From positions 31,992,001 to 32,056,000 of the forward strand of contig OZ024747.1 in assembly GCA_964016885.1 (NCBI GenBank): 64,000 nt of DNA. Direction: 5' to 3'. Numbering within the stretch: the stretch's first letter is position 1; each line of letters starts with the position of its first letter. This document shows positions 51,394 through 64,000 of this stretch, piece by piece. Both the position numbers and the translations under genes were made by a program. A model generated the notes under the pieces. That model saw only the letters and a list, made by a program, of their open reading frames with translations, did not search any database and had not been told where the DNA came from. The stretch is from Eledone cirrhosa. Taxonomy: Eukaryota.

Positions 51394-51578
51394 GCTTTCA
51401 CCGTATTTTAGACTAAAGAAATTTCTAGCCTGATAGTGGGGTTTATGACCCTCGGAGAAATGGAAAAAGATGAGTGTTGCCGTACATGGGACGGCAACAC
51501 TCATCTTTTTCCATTTCTCCTAGGGTTATAAACCCCACTATCAGGCTAGTCATTTTTTTAGTCTAAAATACGGTGAAA

Positions 51579-51580
<2 letters not shown>
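51394..51580. repeat. ~90-bp inverted repeat ending in (TA)n
   Basis: GCTTTCACCGTATTTTAGACTAAA...GTGTTGCCGT acatggg ACGGCAACAC...TTTAGTCTAAAATACGGTGAAAGC. Confidence 0.9.
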
Positions 51581-51642
<62 letters not shown>

Positions 51643-52406
51643 AAAGAAAACAAAGAGCGCTTATAACATCAATCAATTTCTATTCGCTGGGGCAGGACTC
51701 ATCAGAGCGTTGAAAACAAACATACAATAATGAAGATAAGCTCTACCGACCTACATCATAAGAACAATAGATATATGGTACAGGATCATAGGATAATAGT
51801 GAGAATGGAGATGATACATAATAGGGTTGTTAGTCAGAGTAAGGAAAAATAAGGAAAAATAAAATAAACTGAAGTAATCAAACAAGAGATATATGCATGT
51901 GAAGGAATCAGTCAAGGCGATAAAGAAAAAAGAAAGAATACTCAAAAATAATAATAAAAGAAATAAATAAAAAAATAAAAAATAATAAAAAATAAAAAAA
52001 TAATAATAATTAATTAAACAATAATTAAAAAATTAAAAAGATTAAAAAATAAAAATAAAAAAATATAAAAAAAATAATAATAAAAAATAATAAAAAATAA
52101 AAAATAATAAAAAATAATAAAAAATAATAATAATAAAAAAAATAAATAAATAAATAAAAAAATTGAAAAATCGAGATTAAAAACTAATAAAAAAAATAAT
52201 AAAAAATATATATTTAACAAAATAACTAACAAGAGAGAGGGGAAGGCATAGATGCATATGAGGGTACACAAACGCAAGGAGAGAAAGCATGCATTGGTCA
52301 CAGTCGAATAGATATAGGCCAGATGATTTCCCATGACAAAGAGTCTTATGTCCTATAGTTTCACAGGGTGAGCCACAGCTATTGAGCAGCCCGGGCTTTA
52401 CTGCTA

Positions 52407-52440
<34 letters not shown>

Positions 52441-52445
52441 TAAGA

Positions 52446-52638
52446 ATAATTGTTTCTACTTTAGGCACAAGGCCAGCAATTATCCAGTGCATTACTGGTA
52501 CTTTATTTTATCGACCCCGTAAGGATGAAAGGCAAAGTCAACCTCGGCGGGATTTGAACTCAGATCGTAAAGGCACGTAACTATGCTGGAAAGCATGGCG
52601 TCCGACCCTCTACCGATACTGCCAATCCACCGCCCTTA
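52446..52638 (-). mobile_element. Young SINE-A with probable target-site duplication
   Basis: (TA)nCTAAGAATAAT occurs on both sides (52431-52450 and 52639-52663). Confidence 0.85.
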
Positions 52639-52650
52639 TATATATATATA

Positions 52651-53223
52651 TACTAAGAATAATGAGTTCTAAACTCAAGCAGTCCTTTACAATGAAATAG
52701 CTCAAAGAAAGAAGTATTTCTGAGCCGTGTAATACAAGTTAATATAAATTAATATATATGAAAAAACACAAATACCAACATATAAGTGTTTGTATTGTAA
52801 ATGACTAAGTTAGCTAGATTGAAAAATACCAATTATAATAATACAGTTTGCCTGTCTCGATTTAAAATAATAAATCAATAAAAACAAACGATATTGGCAA
52901 ATGGCCGTGGTACTTGGACAAATTTAAATTTCAAAATCAAACCTGTTCCGTAGATAAGTTTAAACTTCAAAATCCAAATAAGTTTCGAAATGAAAAAGTG
53001 AAAAAATACCCAGTTCAGCTCCTGAACAATTGGTATGTTTCACTTCAACATATTTAAAAAGACTGTTTAACGCACATGGTTTTCCAGTTTCTAGCTGCCG
53101 CATACTCGTTCTGCTAGAAATAACAGCCGTTTATATGGGGCTAAAGTTAGCTCTACATAAGGAGCAGTGATACTAAGAATAATGAGTTCTAAACTCAAGC
53201 AGTCCTTTACAATGAAATAGCTC
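52651..53223 (+). repeat. 53-bp exact direct repeats 520 bp apart
   Basis: TACTAAGAATAATGAGTTCTAAACTCAAGCAGTCCTTTACAATGAAATAGCTC at 52651 and 53171. Confidence 0.85.
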
Positions 53224-53287
53224 CAAAAATAATGGTTGCATTTTAAAAGGGTACGTCAAAACTTATTTGTAAAACTGTTATATATTG

Positions 53288-53352
53288 TATTTTGTCTGAT
53301 GAAGGCATACCATAATTTAATTTGGTATCCCTGAAATATGTATAATGAAATA
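53288..53352 (+). ncRNA. Type I hammerhead ribozyme (family TATTTTRT)
   Basis: TATTTTGT-CTGATGA-AGGcATACCA..TGGTATcCCT-GAAA-TATGTA-TA-ATGAAATA; tail to ~53483 then (TA)n. Confidence 0.8.
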
Positions 53353-53480
53353 AATATGGTTTTATAAATATAGTTTCCATTTATTAATATCGTATATCTA
53401 CTCCAAATACTTGTCGAGTGCTTTATATGAGTTATAAAAATATTTACTTGTTGTATCCCAACAATTTTAAATAGAACTTT

Positions 53481-53930
<450 letters not shown>

Positions 53931-54236
53931 TATATATTATATGTTATTATTTTACAGACATGACAAACAACTAAATAGATTTCTTCAAATGAAATGGTAC
54001 CATAATCACTAATAACATATATATACCATCACTGCTACCCGCTGGAACTGCTGAGAATATATAGTATTCTCGAATGTATACATTGGCTGAATCGCCTCAT
54101 TTGCATACTGATCAATTTATGGCTGGCTTTGTCGAAAATTAAAAACAAAATTTGTTTTCGATCCTAACATGGTGGATACCTAAATCTATTTGTGAATGAA
54201 TAATAATAATATCATAATAATATTATAATATTATTG

Positions 54237-54538
54237 ATATTTGGTTTGTTTACATGTAGACAGCCTCATTAACACCATGTGTTTTTCTAGATGGCCAACA
54301 TCATCCTTTTGTTCCAGCGGTAGCTAAGAGAAAACAATCGACAACTGTTTCGGAGTTTTTGCTCCAGTTTCAGCGTGTAGCAGTGACGAGAATGCACAGT
54401 CTCAACATGGAGCAAAGACTCCCAAACAATTGTTGATTGTTTTCTCTCAGCAACCGCTGGAACAAAAGGATGATGTTGGTCATCTAGAAAACACACATGG
54501 TATTAATGAGGCTGTTTGCTTGCAAACAAACCAAATAT
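54237..54538. repeat. ~130-bp diverged inverted repeat with a hammerhead 3' half
   Basis: Arms 54237-54366 / 54408-54538; minus strand GGAG caaaaa CTCC-GAAAC-AGTT-GTC. Confidence 0.8.
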
Positions 54539-54719
54539 GGGCATGTGATGCGTATGAAGGACGACAGCTGTATAAAAATGTGCAGGGCAGTGTAAATTGA
54601 TCCGACTAGCATTGCATACAAACCTACAGTTAGTAGGCACTTCTTAACTCAATGTACACCCCACCGCCACACTTCCTCTCCTATTCTTTCCACTGTGTCG
54701 ATGACACAATAGTTCCCAC

Positions 54720-54927
54720 TGTACGGTGGCCATGTAGGAGACACGGTGAAAAGGCTCCCAGGCCACACTGTAAATGTGGTTGGTGTTAGGAAGGGCATCC
54801 AGCTGTAAACAACCTGCCAGAGATGCTCCCGTGCGAGGGAGACATGGTCTTCCGACCATTACGGCATCAAATGTAACAAAACCGTCTAACCCATGGAAGA
54901 TGGACGTTAAACGATGATGATGATGAT
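54720..54927 (+). mobile_element. SINE-B/RTE 3' tail
   Basis: GGTTGGTGTTAGGAAGGGCATCCAGCTGTA..GGACGTTAAAC(GAT)n. Confidence 0.75.
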
Positions 54928-55159
54928 ATATAAGCAAAGTGTTTTCAAAGATTCAGTTGAAGCATGAGTGTATTAGAATTCATAGAACAATGAGAAAACC
55001 TCAATGCAAGAATAGCTGTTAAAACTGCAAAATGCCGTCAATGATGGCATGAGGTAAAATTTACCTCAAAAGACAGAAATCAGTGGCTTGAAGTGTGATG
55101 GTCCATAAAAGTGATAGGAAGAGAAGAGCAAAGCAAAAAGTAAGCATTCATCGAGGTTT

Positions 55160-55690
55160 TTCTTAGCCCTCTCCTCTTCATTATAGTCCTCCAGGCTCTA
55201 ACAGAGGAGTATAATACCGGCTGCCTATTGTAACTTCTCTATGCAGATGGTCTGGTTACAGAATACATTAAAGATCTAGAAAATAAGTTTCAACTATAGA
55301 AACAGAATTTAGAATCAAAAGGCCTGAGAGAAAACTTAGCCAAAATTAAGAGCTAGTGAGTAGGACCCAGATTGCATCAGAAAAGTGGCCCTACTTCATT
55401 GGATGTGTAACATAAATGTGAGTGAAAAGCACAGCTTGGATAAATTGAGGGAGAAGTTGGGTTTAAAAGGAATCTGAGGTGGTGTGCAGGAGAAAAAGAC
55501 TGTGTTGGTACGGATATGTGGTGCATATGATGATCGATGAGTGAAGAAATGCCAGGAAATGCCAGTGGAAGGAAACTGCAGTAGAAATAGACCAAGAAAG
55601 ACCTGGGTAGGGGTTGTGACTTCAAGCCGCTGAGACTCAGAGGAGATGAAGGAATGTGATGAATGGAGAGATTGATTATGATGATATATA
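55160..55690 (+). pseudogene. Decayed RTE RT fragment related to 40603-42825
   Basis: LSPLLFIIVLQALTEEYNTGC..LLYADGLV, KQNLESKGLRENLAK. Confidence 0.7.
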
Positions 55691-55738
55691 TATATATCAT
55701 CATCATTTAACGTCCTTCTTCCACGCTAGCAGAAGTAT

Positions 55739-55833
<95 letters not shown>

Positions 55834-57398
55834 GTAATTAGATAGCCGCATAGACACGTGCTTATGTATATGTGAGTGTATCAGGATAATACTTATACTT
55901 ACATATACTACTTCAAAGGATGGTATCAGCAGAGGAATAAGAAGGAAGGCAGGAATCAAGTTTATCTCAAGAACACTTAGAAAAGAGACGTGAAAAATAT
56001 AGATGAAGATATTGTAGAGCCTCACAGGAATGAACAGATGAAATAAGAACAGGATGAAGAATCTGTGGATCTCAGAAATATCAGATGGAAATACCAGACA
56101 AAACAAAGATCAGAACAAATGACAAGTAGTGATATTCTATATTGAGAAGGACCCATCCAACCCATGCAATCGTGGTTTGTTTAATTTCGAAGCAAAAGGT
56201 CATTTTCTAGATAGTTGATTGTAAAATCTATTACATTTAAATATGAATCTTTTAAAATAAACGTTCTTTTAAATATATTTCATTATATTTAGTTATCATT
56301 TTCAGTGCATTTAACTAAGAAAAATACATTCGTCATTATTATTGATGGCACAAGTACTCTTGTATATAAATAATATATGTAATTGATGTATAAAACAAAT
56401 GTATTTTCTTTGCATTATACTGGTTTTGATAAATGATATCTATTGTGGCTAAAAGACACCTAAATAAATAAATTATTAAATGAATGAATGAATTTATACA
56501 TATGTAAATACACCCACACATACATAAATACAAGTAAACATAGATACATATATAAATGCATACACAAATACACCCGCATAAAGATAAATACACACACACA
56601 TGAATAAATACATATAAACGCACTCACATATGATGGCTGCATCTTAATTTCAAGAATTGCTACCATCTGATCCCCCTCGCACACGTAGATGGTAGAAACA
56701 TAACTCTTTAGCCCTTCCAAGGATTTACATTCCTTTCTGCATGTATTTTGCAATGATTAACATAAGTCCACTTTAGTTTCCTGCTTTGTTTTGGTGAGTT
56801 TTCAAATAACATATGTACATATATACATAACATGATAGCTGCAACTTGATTTTGAGTAATGCCACCGCTTGATACTCATGCATGCACTCAGATGGGAATA
56901 TATGGATACATAGGAAAAACACAGACATAAACGCACACAGAATCAAACATAAATGCATACAGAATCAGACATAAACACACATAGAATAAGATATAAGTAC
57001 ACATATGTATATTTTGTCAAAGGCACTCAAAATGAAATGTATTTACTGATAAGAATAACACCAAACTGAAATATGAATAAAAATCCTTTAATTTTGTCAA
57101 TGGCATGACAACCTCTCATGTGTTGGTGGTCTAAATGATAAACGCATCAAGTACATGATGTAACGTAGTTGGCAATAGGAAGGAATTCAGTTGCAACAAG
57201 TTTGAAAGAAGCCTTCAGATATGTCAAGGACATATCATACTTTCTGGTGCTGGTGGCATGATAAAATGCACTCAAAAGGCTGCAGAACTGTATGTAAGCA
57301 AGATGCAAATCTCTGGCCTGTCTGGAAAGTCAGTAGCCCTGCTTAAATACTGACTCAGTCTGTGAAGAGCCATCCATCATATATATATATATATATAT

Positions 57399-57892
57399 CA
57401 TCATCATCATCATCATCTGGTGGCCTCAGCCGAAATCAACTCAATTGATCTCCACGTGGGTCTGTCGTTCATTGCCATTGCCAAGTCCTGGATTTCAATA
57501 CCAGAATCTCTGGAGATGACATCGGGATAGGAGAACTTGTGCCCCCTGTTATTAGTGACTGTTTGTGGTTTCCAAAGCACTAATGGGGACACAGCCTCAT
57601 AGGTGGCACGATGGCAGTGGCCAGCAAATCTACTCTCCTTTTATGTTCGACATATAAGCATAGAAGGCCGGCATATATCTCTCTCAAAGTCAGATGTCGC
57701 CAGCTTGTGTTCTGAATAGGTTGAAGTAAGCAAGTGTAAGTGCCATCAAGGAGCTTTTGTTTTCTGGATGAAAGCGTCCATGTTACACTTCCATATAGTA
57801 AAATTGGTTAAAATGTTACTTGGAGGAGTTTGATTTTATTGTGGTTTGAAAGATTTGAGTGCCAAACTCGATCCATCTTGTTGCAAGCAGAC
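57399..57892 (-). pseudogene. RTE-clade LINE 3' end (different family) with (GAT)n tail
   Basis: ACNKMDRVWHSNLS..PILLYGSVTWTL..LDGTYT..FAGHCHR..LVLWKP..YPDVISRDSG..AMNDRPTWR. Confidence 0.8.
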
Positions 57893-58109
57893 ACTATTAT
57901 CATCCACATCACTGTTTAACATCTATTTTCAATGCTTCAAGGGGTTAGATGGATTGTTACATTCTGAGCCTAGACAAGCAGGTCAGATGAATATCACTTT
58001 CATACATTCCATTCAAACATAGTTTCTACAGCTGGATAACCTTCCTAATGCCAACCACTTTACAACATGTATTGTGCTATATCATGGTATCACCATTATC
58101 ACCTTAGAC

Positions 58110-58728
58110 CAGGGTTTCCTAAACTTTTATTCAGCCAGTGCCTACTTTAGGCGCAAACCTTTTTGTCAATGCCCCCTGTCAAACTAAATTTCAAATAAGA
58201 TACTGAATCCATCTTACACCAAATTGGTAAACAACCTAAAAAAATGTGTTAGTGTGTGTGTGTGTGTGCACGCGCGCGTGTATGTATGTGTGCACATGTG
58301 TGGTTGGGCCTTTAATCGCTAGGGGACAATTTATATTCAATCGCAGAAAGGAGTTCAAAATGGCAACACCCAATCATATATACACACAAACACATATCTC
58401 TCCCAAAAGCCAGTTTCATCCAAAATTCTGATCACCATTCTTTTCGCCTTATTCATTGTTTTCTTTTATTCGTCTGTCACCATTCATCTGTATTTCATTT
58501 TTGTTTTGTTTTGGGGTTTCATTTTAGCGACACACACATGGTGTCAGGAATTTGCTTGGTGTTGCCAAAGTGGAAACATTTTTTTTCAGATTTTTGAAAA
58601 TTTGAAAGAAAAAGATTTGAAAGAAAATAAATGGATAACCCGCCTGAGTATATTCACTGCCACCCAACTGAAATCAAAGCTCCCAGTGCCCCATTTCAAC
58701 ACAAGAGCGTCCATGTTGGGAGACACTG
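58110..58728. mobile_element. Non-autonomous hAT (Charlie-like) element
   Basis: TIRs CAGGGTTTCCTAAAC / GTTGGGAGACACTG; 8-bp flanks CCTTAGAC and CCTTAGAA (7/8 TSD). Confidence 0.75.
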
Positions 58729-58964
58729 CCTTAGAAGGAGGATGAGATGTTTTTATTGTGGCTACAGCAATACCACATATTGGCAAGGCTCAATGTGTTA
58801 TTCTCAGCCCAGATAGGAAGGCAGTACTGGGAGTGGGGAAATGAGATCAGGGTGGGGACAAGATACATGCGGCTTTCCAAGAAAGGGTTGTAAGAGAGGG
58901 TGATGTAAATGGAAGGAATGAGAAAGTGCATATATATATATATACATAGAGAGAGAGAGAGAGT

Positions 58965-59021
<57 letters not shown>

Positions 59022-59032
59022 AGAGAGATAGA

Positions 59033-59089
<57 letters not shown>

Positions 59090-59269
59090 ACACAAACATA
59101 CATACATACATATAAGTATATATAAACTTTAATCTGTACTAATAAATATTTGTTCTGCAGGTTTATATATACTTGTATATATATATATATATATATACAA
59201 TCCTTATTGATTCCTCTTTGGATTTTGGTCTTTGTAATTATTATTACTATATATATGTATGTGTGTGTG

Positions 59270-59303
<34 letters not shown>

Positions 59304-60003
59304 TCGTTTCGGAATTTGTTTTGCAAGATTTCTTATCTCCAGAGCAAGAGAGCGGATATGATTTCATTGTTGGCACGGTGACAGTGGCCAGCAAATTGAG
59401 CTCTCCGGGATTTTAGAAGGGCAGAGGCTCGAGGGAGTTTGCCATAGATTTATATATATACGGATACACACAGAGGTTAGCATAAGAAGGCAGGCATCCA
59501 CAAATGGAAGGAGCGAACAGATCCTCCCAATCTCATCCAATCCAAGCCCATGATAACCGGGCCATCCCATTCAAGTCATAGAAAATGAATATAAAATGAT
59601 GAGGATGGAAAAATCTTTGATGTCATGTTTTAGCAGCTTTTTCAATTGCGTTTCTAGCATATGAAATATTCTTCATTGTTCTCTCATAATTCATTACTGT
59701 CTGAATATTTTATGAACAATACCAATTGAAGATCATGTCACATGCAACAAGAGCACCAATAGCTGTAATGCACATACATGTCTGAGACAATACTGAACTA
59801 AGCTTGAAGCATCAAGTCTTGACATTATATAATATACACAAAGACAGAACATTCACAAATATTAAATAACAATAATACATGAAATATTATAATAGGCATG
59901 GTATATGTATATGCATGGTATGTATGTATGTGTGTGTGTGTATATATATATATATATTATTCAAAATATTAATAAATGGAGACATTCACGTAATCAAAAT
60001 ATA

Positions 60004-60070
60004 TGTTTTATTATATATATTTCGGAAGTACTGTGCTGTTTTTTTCAGTACGTCCTCATCAGATAAAATA
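60004..60070 (-). ncRNA. Type I hammerhead ribozyme (family TATTTTRT)
   Basis: TATTTTAT-CTGATGA-GGAcGTACTG..CAGTACtTCC-GAAA-TATATA-TA-ATAAAACA. Confidence 0.8.
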
Positions 60071-60211
60071 CATAAATTGATGTATGACATACCTCAACTG
60101 TATCGATGGTTCAATTCCAGTCTTGGTAGTGATTTATTACAACAAAACTCAATATTTATATACCACAAGTAATAGTGTGACAAACTAAATATCTCTCTCT
60201 ATATATATGTA

Positions 60212-60301
<90 letters not shown>

Positions 60302-60382
60302 CATATATATATATACATACATATATATATATACATACATATATATATATACATACATATATATATACATACATATATATAT

Positions 60383-60437
<55 letters not shown>

Positions 60438-60442
60438 CATAT

Positions 60443-60481
<39 letters not shown>

Positions 60482-60483
<2 letters not shown>

Positions 60484-60865
60484 TGAAAGGATTACAAAGG
60501 AGAATATATACTGTTAGAACATGTTTATATAAAAGCACCTACGTACGTTTCGCCTGAAAAGGGCTTCTCAATGGCATAGAAAACTAAAGAGTTAGTTTTC
60601 TATGCCCTTGAGAGACTCTTTTCGGGCGAAACGTATGTAGGTCCTTTTATATAAACATGTTCTAACAGTATATGTTCTCCTTTGTAATCCTTTCATTTGT
60701 AACCGCTCTGCTTATTTTCTCGCCCGCTAGATATTAACGCTTCTAATATTTAACCCTGTAGGCACAAGTATTGAGCACAAATGCACAACCTTTTGACAAC
60801 TAACTATATGTATCGCTTATCCCTTTAAACCTCTTCTTCTCTCTCACGATACTTAAATATTCTAT
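60482..60865 (+). mobile_element. Fold-back pLTR-like module with a degenerate hammerhead
   Basis: Arms 60482-60587 / 60592-60697; GGC-GAAAC-GTAC-GTA-GG palindromic stem III; tail has GTATTGAGCAC; TA flanks. Confidence 0.75.
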
Positions 60866-60874
60866 AAATATATA

Positions 60875-61175
60875 TAAATGAAGTATTTTCGTCGGAAAGG
60901 TACAGGAAAAAATAGTGCTCTATGTAGGCTACAGAGCTTATTATTTATGTAATAAACAACATAAGATAATTATTTCATTTACCAGTGGTTACTTGAAGGC
61001 AGATGTTGTGTCTGTCTTCAGTCGTCAGAATGAATAAATAACATGGTGTTTTTATTAAATATGGATTTAATAAAAACATCATGTCATTTATTCATTCTGA
61101 CGACTAAAGACAGACACAACACCTGCCTTCAAGTAACCACTGGTAAATGAAATAATTATCTTAAGTTGTTTATTA
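60875..61175. mobile_element. Solo fold-back pLTR of the 46.6-kb PLE family
   Basis: Matches 44035-44230; arms centred at ~61062; both arms carry CTGACGA but GAAA is GTAA. Confidence 0.85.
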
Positions 61176-61299
61176 TATATATACATATCCATATATATTT
61201 ATATATATATTTAAAAATGCAGTCAGAATCTAAGTATTTCATGTAAATATTTGTTTTCTTAGAACTCACAAATACACACACATACATACATATATATAT

Positions 61300-61692
61300 A
61301 TGTAGAGGTTATATTTAATTTGTTGGGATAGAACAACCAAAATATTTTTATAACTGATATAAAGCACTCAACAAATTATTGGAATAAATATACAATATAT
61401 TAACAAATGGAAACTATATTTATAAAACTACATTTATTTCATTATACATATTTCAAGGACCACCAAGGCAGATTATGGTGCGCTTTCATGCATAAAAATG
61501 CAACCTTCACGGTTGGAGTCTCCAACCGTGAAGGTTGCATTTTTTCAGGGTATGTCAATATTTATTTATAAAACTAATCTATATTATATTTTATCTGATG
61601 AAAGCGCACCATAATCTGCCTTGGTGGCTCTTGAAATATGTACAATGAAATAAATATGATTTTATAAATATAGTTTCCATTTGTTAATATAT

Positions 61693-61697
<5 letters not shown>
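61300..61697. mobile_element. Fold-back module of the TATTTTRT hammerhead family
   Basis: Arms centred at 61519; (+) hammerhead 61587-61652 with cleavage-site U changed to C; (-) arm keeps the site but has lost the CTGATGA region. Confidence 0.8.
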
Positions 61698-61740
<43 letters not shown>

Positions 61741-61747
<7 letters not shown>

Positions 61748-62548
61748 GCCAGTCTAAAATTCAAATTCTCCGTTTTCCTCTCTGATTTTCAATTATTATT
61801 TTACATGTTTTTAATTATGTCTCAATCTGTTGGACCCTTCCTAAAAACTAACCTTCTCCTAAAGTTACTCATAAAGTCGTCTCAGTGTTTTAAACTCCTA
61901 TTTATGCCAGTCTAGAAGTCAAATTCTCCGTTTTCCTCTCGGATTTTCAATTAATATTTTACATATTTTTAATAATATGTCCCTTTCTGTTGGACCCTTC
62001 CTAAAAACTAACCTTCTAGTATTATTATTAAATAATTATTCTAGAACCTTCCTGCATCTCGCTCCCTAACTTTGTAAACACTTTTCTCCTTCTCTCATAC
62101 CCCCCTCCGCCTGATCGCAAGTATAAAATAAATCTTGCTGGTTCACAAGGACAGAATTTATCTATCTAATCTATCTTACGGGCGATCTGTCGATTTTGAG
62201 AATGTAAGCAATACTTGTCTTTTCTTTTATCCGTAGTCTTCTCAATAAGCAGTGTTTTAAACTCTTATTTATGCCAGTCTAAAATTCTACTTCTCCGTTT
62301 TCCTCTCTGATTTTCAAGTCGGACGCCATGCTTTCCAGCATAGTTACGTCCCTTTACGATCTGAGTTCAAATCCCGCCGAGGTTGACTTTGCCTTTCATC
62401 CTTACGGGGTCGATAAAATAAAGTACCAGTAATGCACTGGTAAATTGCTGGCCTTGTGCCTAAAGTAGAAACAATTATTTTACATGTTTTTAATATGTCT
62501 CAATCTGTTGGACCCTTCCTAAAAATTAACCTTCTCCTAAAGTTACCC
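61741..62548 (+). repeat. Three copies of a ~120-155 bp unit, the third split by a 5'-truncated SINE-A (62318-62478)
   Basis: TATTTATGCCAGTCTA..TTCTCCGTTTTCCTCTC..CTGTTGGACCCTTCCTAAAAA.TAACCTTCT at 61741, 61899, 62266. Confidence 0.85.
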
Positions 62549-62550
62549 AT

Positions 62551-64000
62551 TTCCCGCCCACCCGCCACCACTCACCACCATTGTTATATGGTCCAATCAT
62601 AACTCAGCGGCTTTAGTAAGTTCTCTAACAAATCAGTATAGCAAAGCTACCACATCGGTTACTACTCCTTAAATTTAGACCTGTTTGATGGGTTGACTGC
62701 GGAAATTTGAAAAGTCTAAGCACTCAATGACAATGTCACAGATAAAGATAAATTCACCTCCCGCTGAAAGACGAGAATACAAGGACCCCTCTTTATTTCA
62801 GACACGGATGACTAACAAAATTCCGTCTCTCACACCCCTCCCTGCCCCTCCAACCCATCTGTCCCACCCTCCCAACTTCAGAGTTGGTACCTTGAACGTA
62901 GGCACATTGAAAGGTCGGTCAAATGAGGTTGTAGAGATGCTTGAACGTAAAGAAGTTGATGTTTGTTGTATTCAAGAGACTAGGTGGATTCATCGTGGGT
63001 AAAAAACGATGCTATAAACTTTTCTGGGTGGGAAATGACAACGGACAGGGTGGTGTAGGTATATGTTAGCTGAAAAATGGGTAGATAAGGTAATTGACGT
63101 AAATAGAGTGAATGACAGAATAATTAAATTAAGACTAGTTCTAAATAGAACTACTGTGACAATAATATCCGCTTATGCACCCCAATCTGGTCTACCTGAT
63201 GTTATAAAGGACAGGTTCTATGAGATGCTAATGCACACTACCTCCCAAATAACTGACAGTGACTACTTAATTGTTGTTGGCGATCTAAACGGTCACGTTG
63301 GACAACATAGTGATGGCTATGATGGAATCCATGGAGGCTATGGCGTTGGAAATAGAAATGAGGAGGGCTTCAGAATCCTGGAATTCTGTGACGCAAATGG
63401 CCTAACTATCTGTAACACAAACTTCAAAAAACGTGAAAACCACTTGATCACCTATAGATCAGGGGAACACGCCAGCCAGATAGATTATATCCGAACTAGA
63501 AGACGGGACAAAGTGTCTGTTGTAAACACTAAATCCCTCCCCCGTGAAGACTACACCTCCCAACATAGCCTAGTAGTTAGTGACCTCATAGTCAGGAATA
63601 GACGTACTCGACGACAGAGGAGGCCTACCTTGAGGAGAAGAATATGGAAGTTGAAGGACCCCATAGCCAGTGACAAATTTAAAAGCTTATTACTTGATGC
63701 CTTTGACAATAAGGAAGAGCAATTAGAGACGTGCGATATAGAGGAACAGTGGCAATTCTTGAAAGTGAACCTGCTGAAAGCAACGGATGATGTCTGTGGC
63801 TGGAGCAGACCTATTGGCAGGAGGAGAGTAACTTGGTGGTGGAACAGTAAGGTGGAAGAGACAACCAAGGCCAAAAAGCAGGCTGGGAAAGTATGGCAGG
63901 ATGGGGGGAAGTTGAGAGCACTATCAAGTGGCCAGGAGAGAAGCTAGGAGACAAGTGTACCTTGCAAAAAGGGTAGCAGAGGATAGAAAGTTCAAGCATG
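62551..64000 (+). mobile_element. RTE-clade LINE 5' part: AP endonuclease domain (frameshifted), continuing beyond the window
   Basis: FRVGTLNVGTL, CCIQETRW, GGVGIML, IISAYAPQ, VGDLNGHVG, ICNTNF, SQIDY, SQHSLVVSD; 63670-64000 parallels the start of the 42825 element. Confidence 0.92.

Noticed and set aside
51656-51710. Minus-strand CGCT-CTGATGA...GAAA...TA-AGCG
   Set aside because: Stem I is plausible but stems II and III do not pair convincingly; at best a decayed copy

Overview
AT-rich, microsatellite-saturated eukaryotic DNA, most consistent with an octopod cephalopod genome (inferred from the SINE families and repeat landscape). No host protein-coding gene can be supported with confidence, and most ORFs in the track are (TA)n/(CA)n/(GA)n translation artefacts. 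The window is a stack of retroelements: two large decayed Penelope-like elements (PLEs; RT plus C-terminal GIY-YIG, Naiad-like motifs) at about 16.8-20.0 kb and 46.6-50.2 kb plus a third fragmented one, several RTE-clade LINEs (one with a 2.2-kb open RT frame containing a PHD-like finger), a Tx1/L1-type 3' fragment, a CR1-like fragment, at least two tRNA-derived SINE families, and hAT and mariner relics. The most striking signal is invisible in the ORF track. About a dozen intact or near-intact type I hammerhead ribozymes and many half-ribozymes, from several unrelated sequence families, sit in 150-900 bp non-coding modules. Most modules are fold-back (inverted-arm) structures inserted in (TA)n arrays. 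They share an architecture: a hammerhead with a palindromic stem III, often an adjacent AATAAA and a TTGAGYRC motif, and a TA-microhomology terminus. This looks like a large population of solo-pLTR or non-autonomous ribozyme mini-retroelements mobilised by the PLEs. Coordinates were read by eye and may be off by a few bases.
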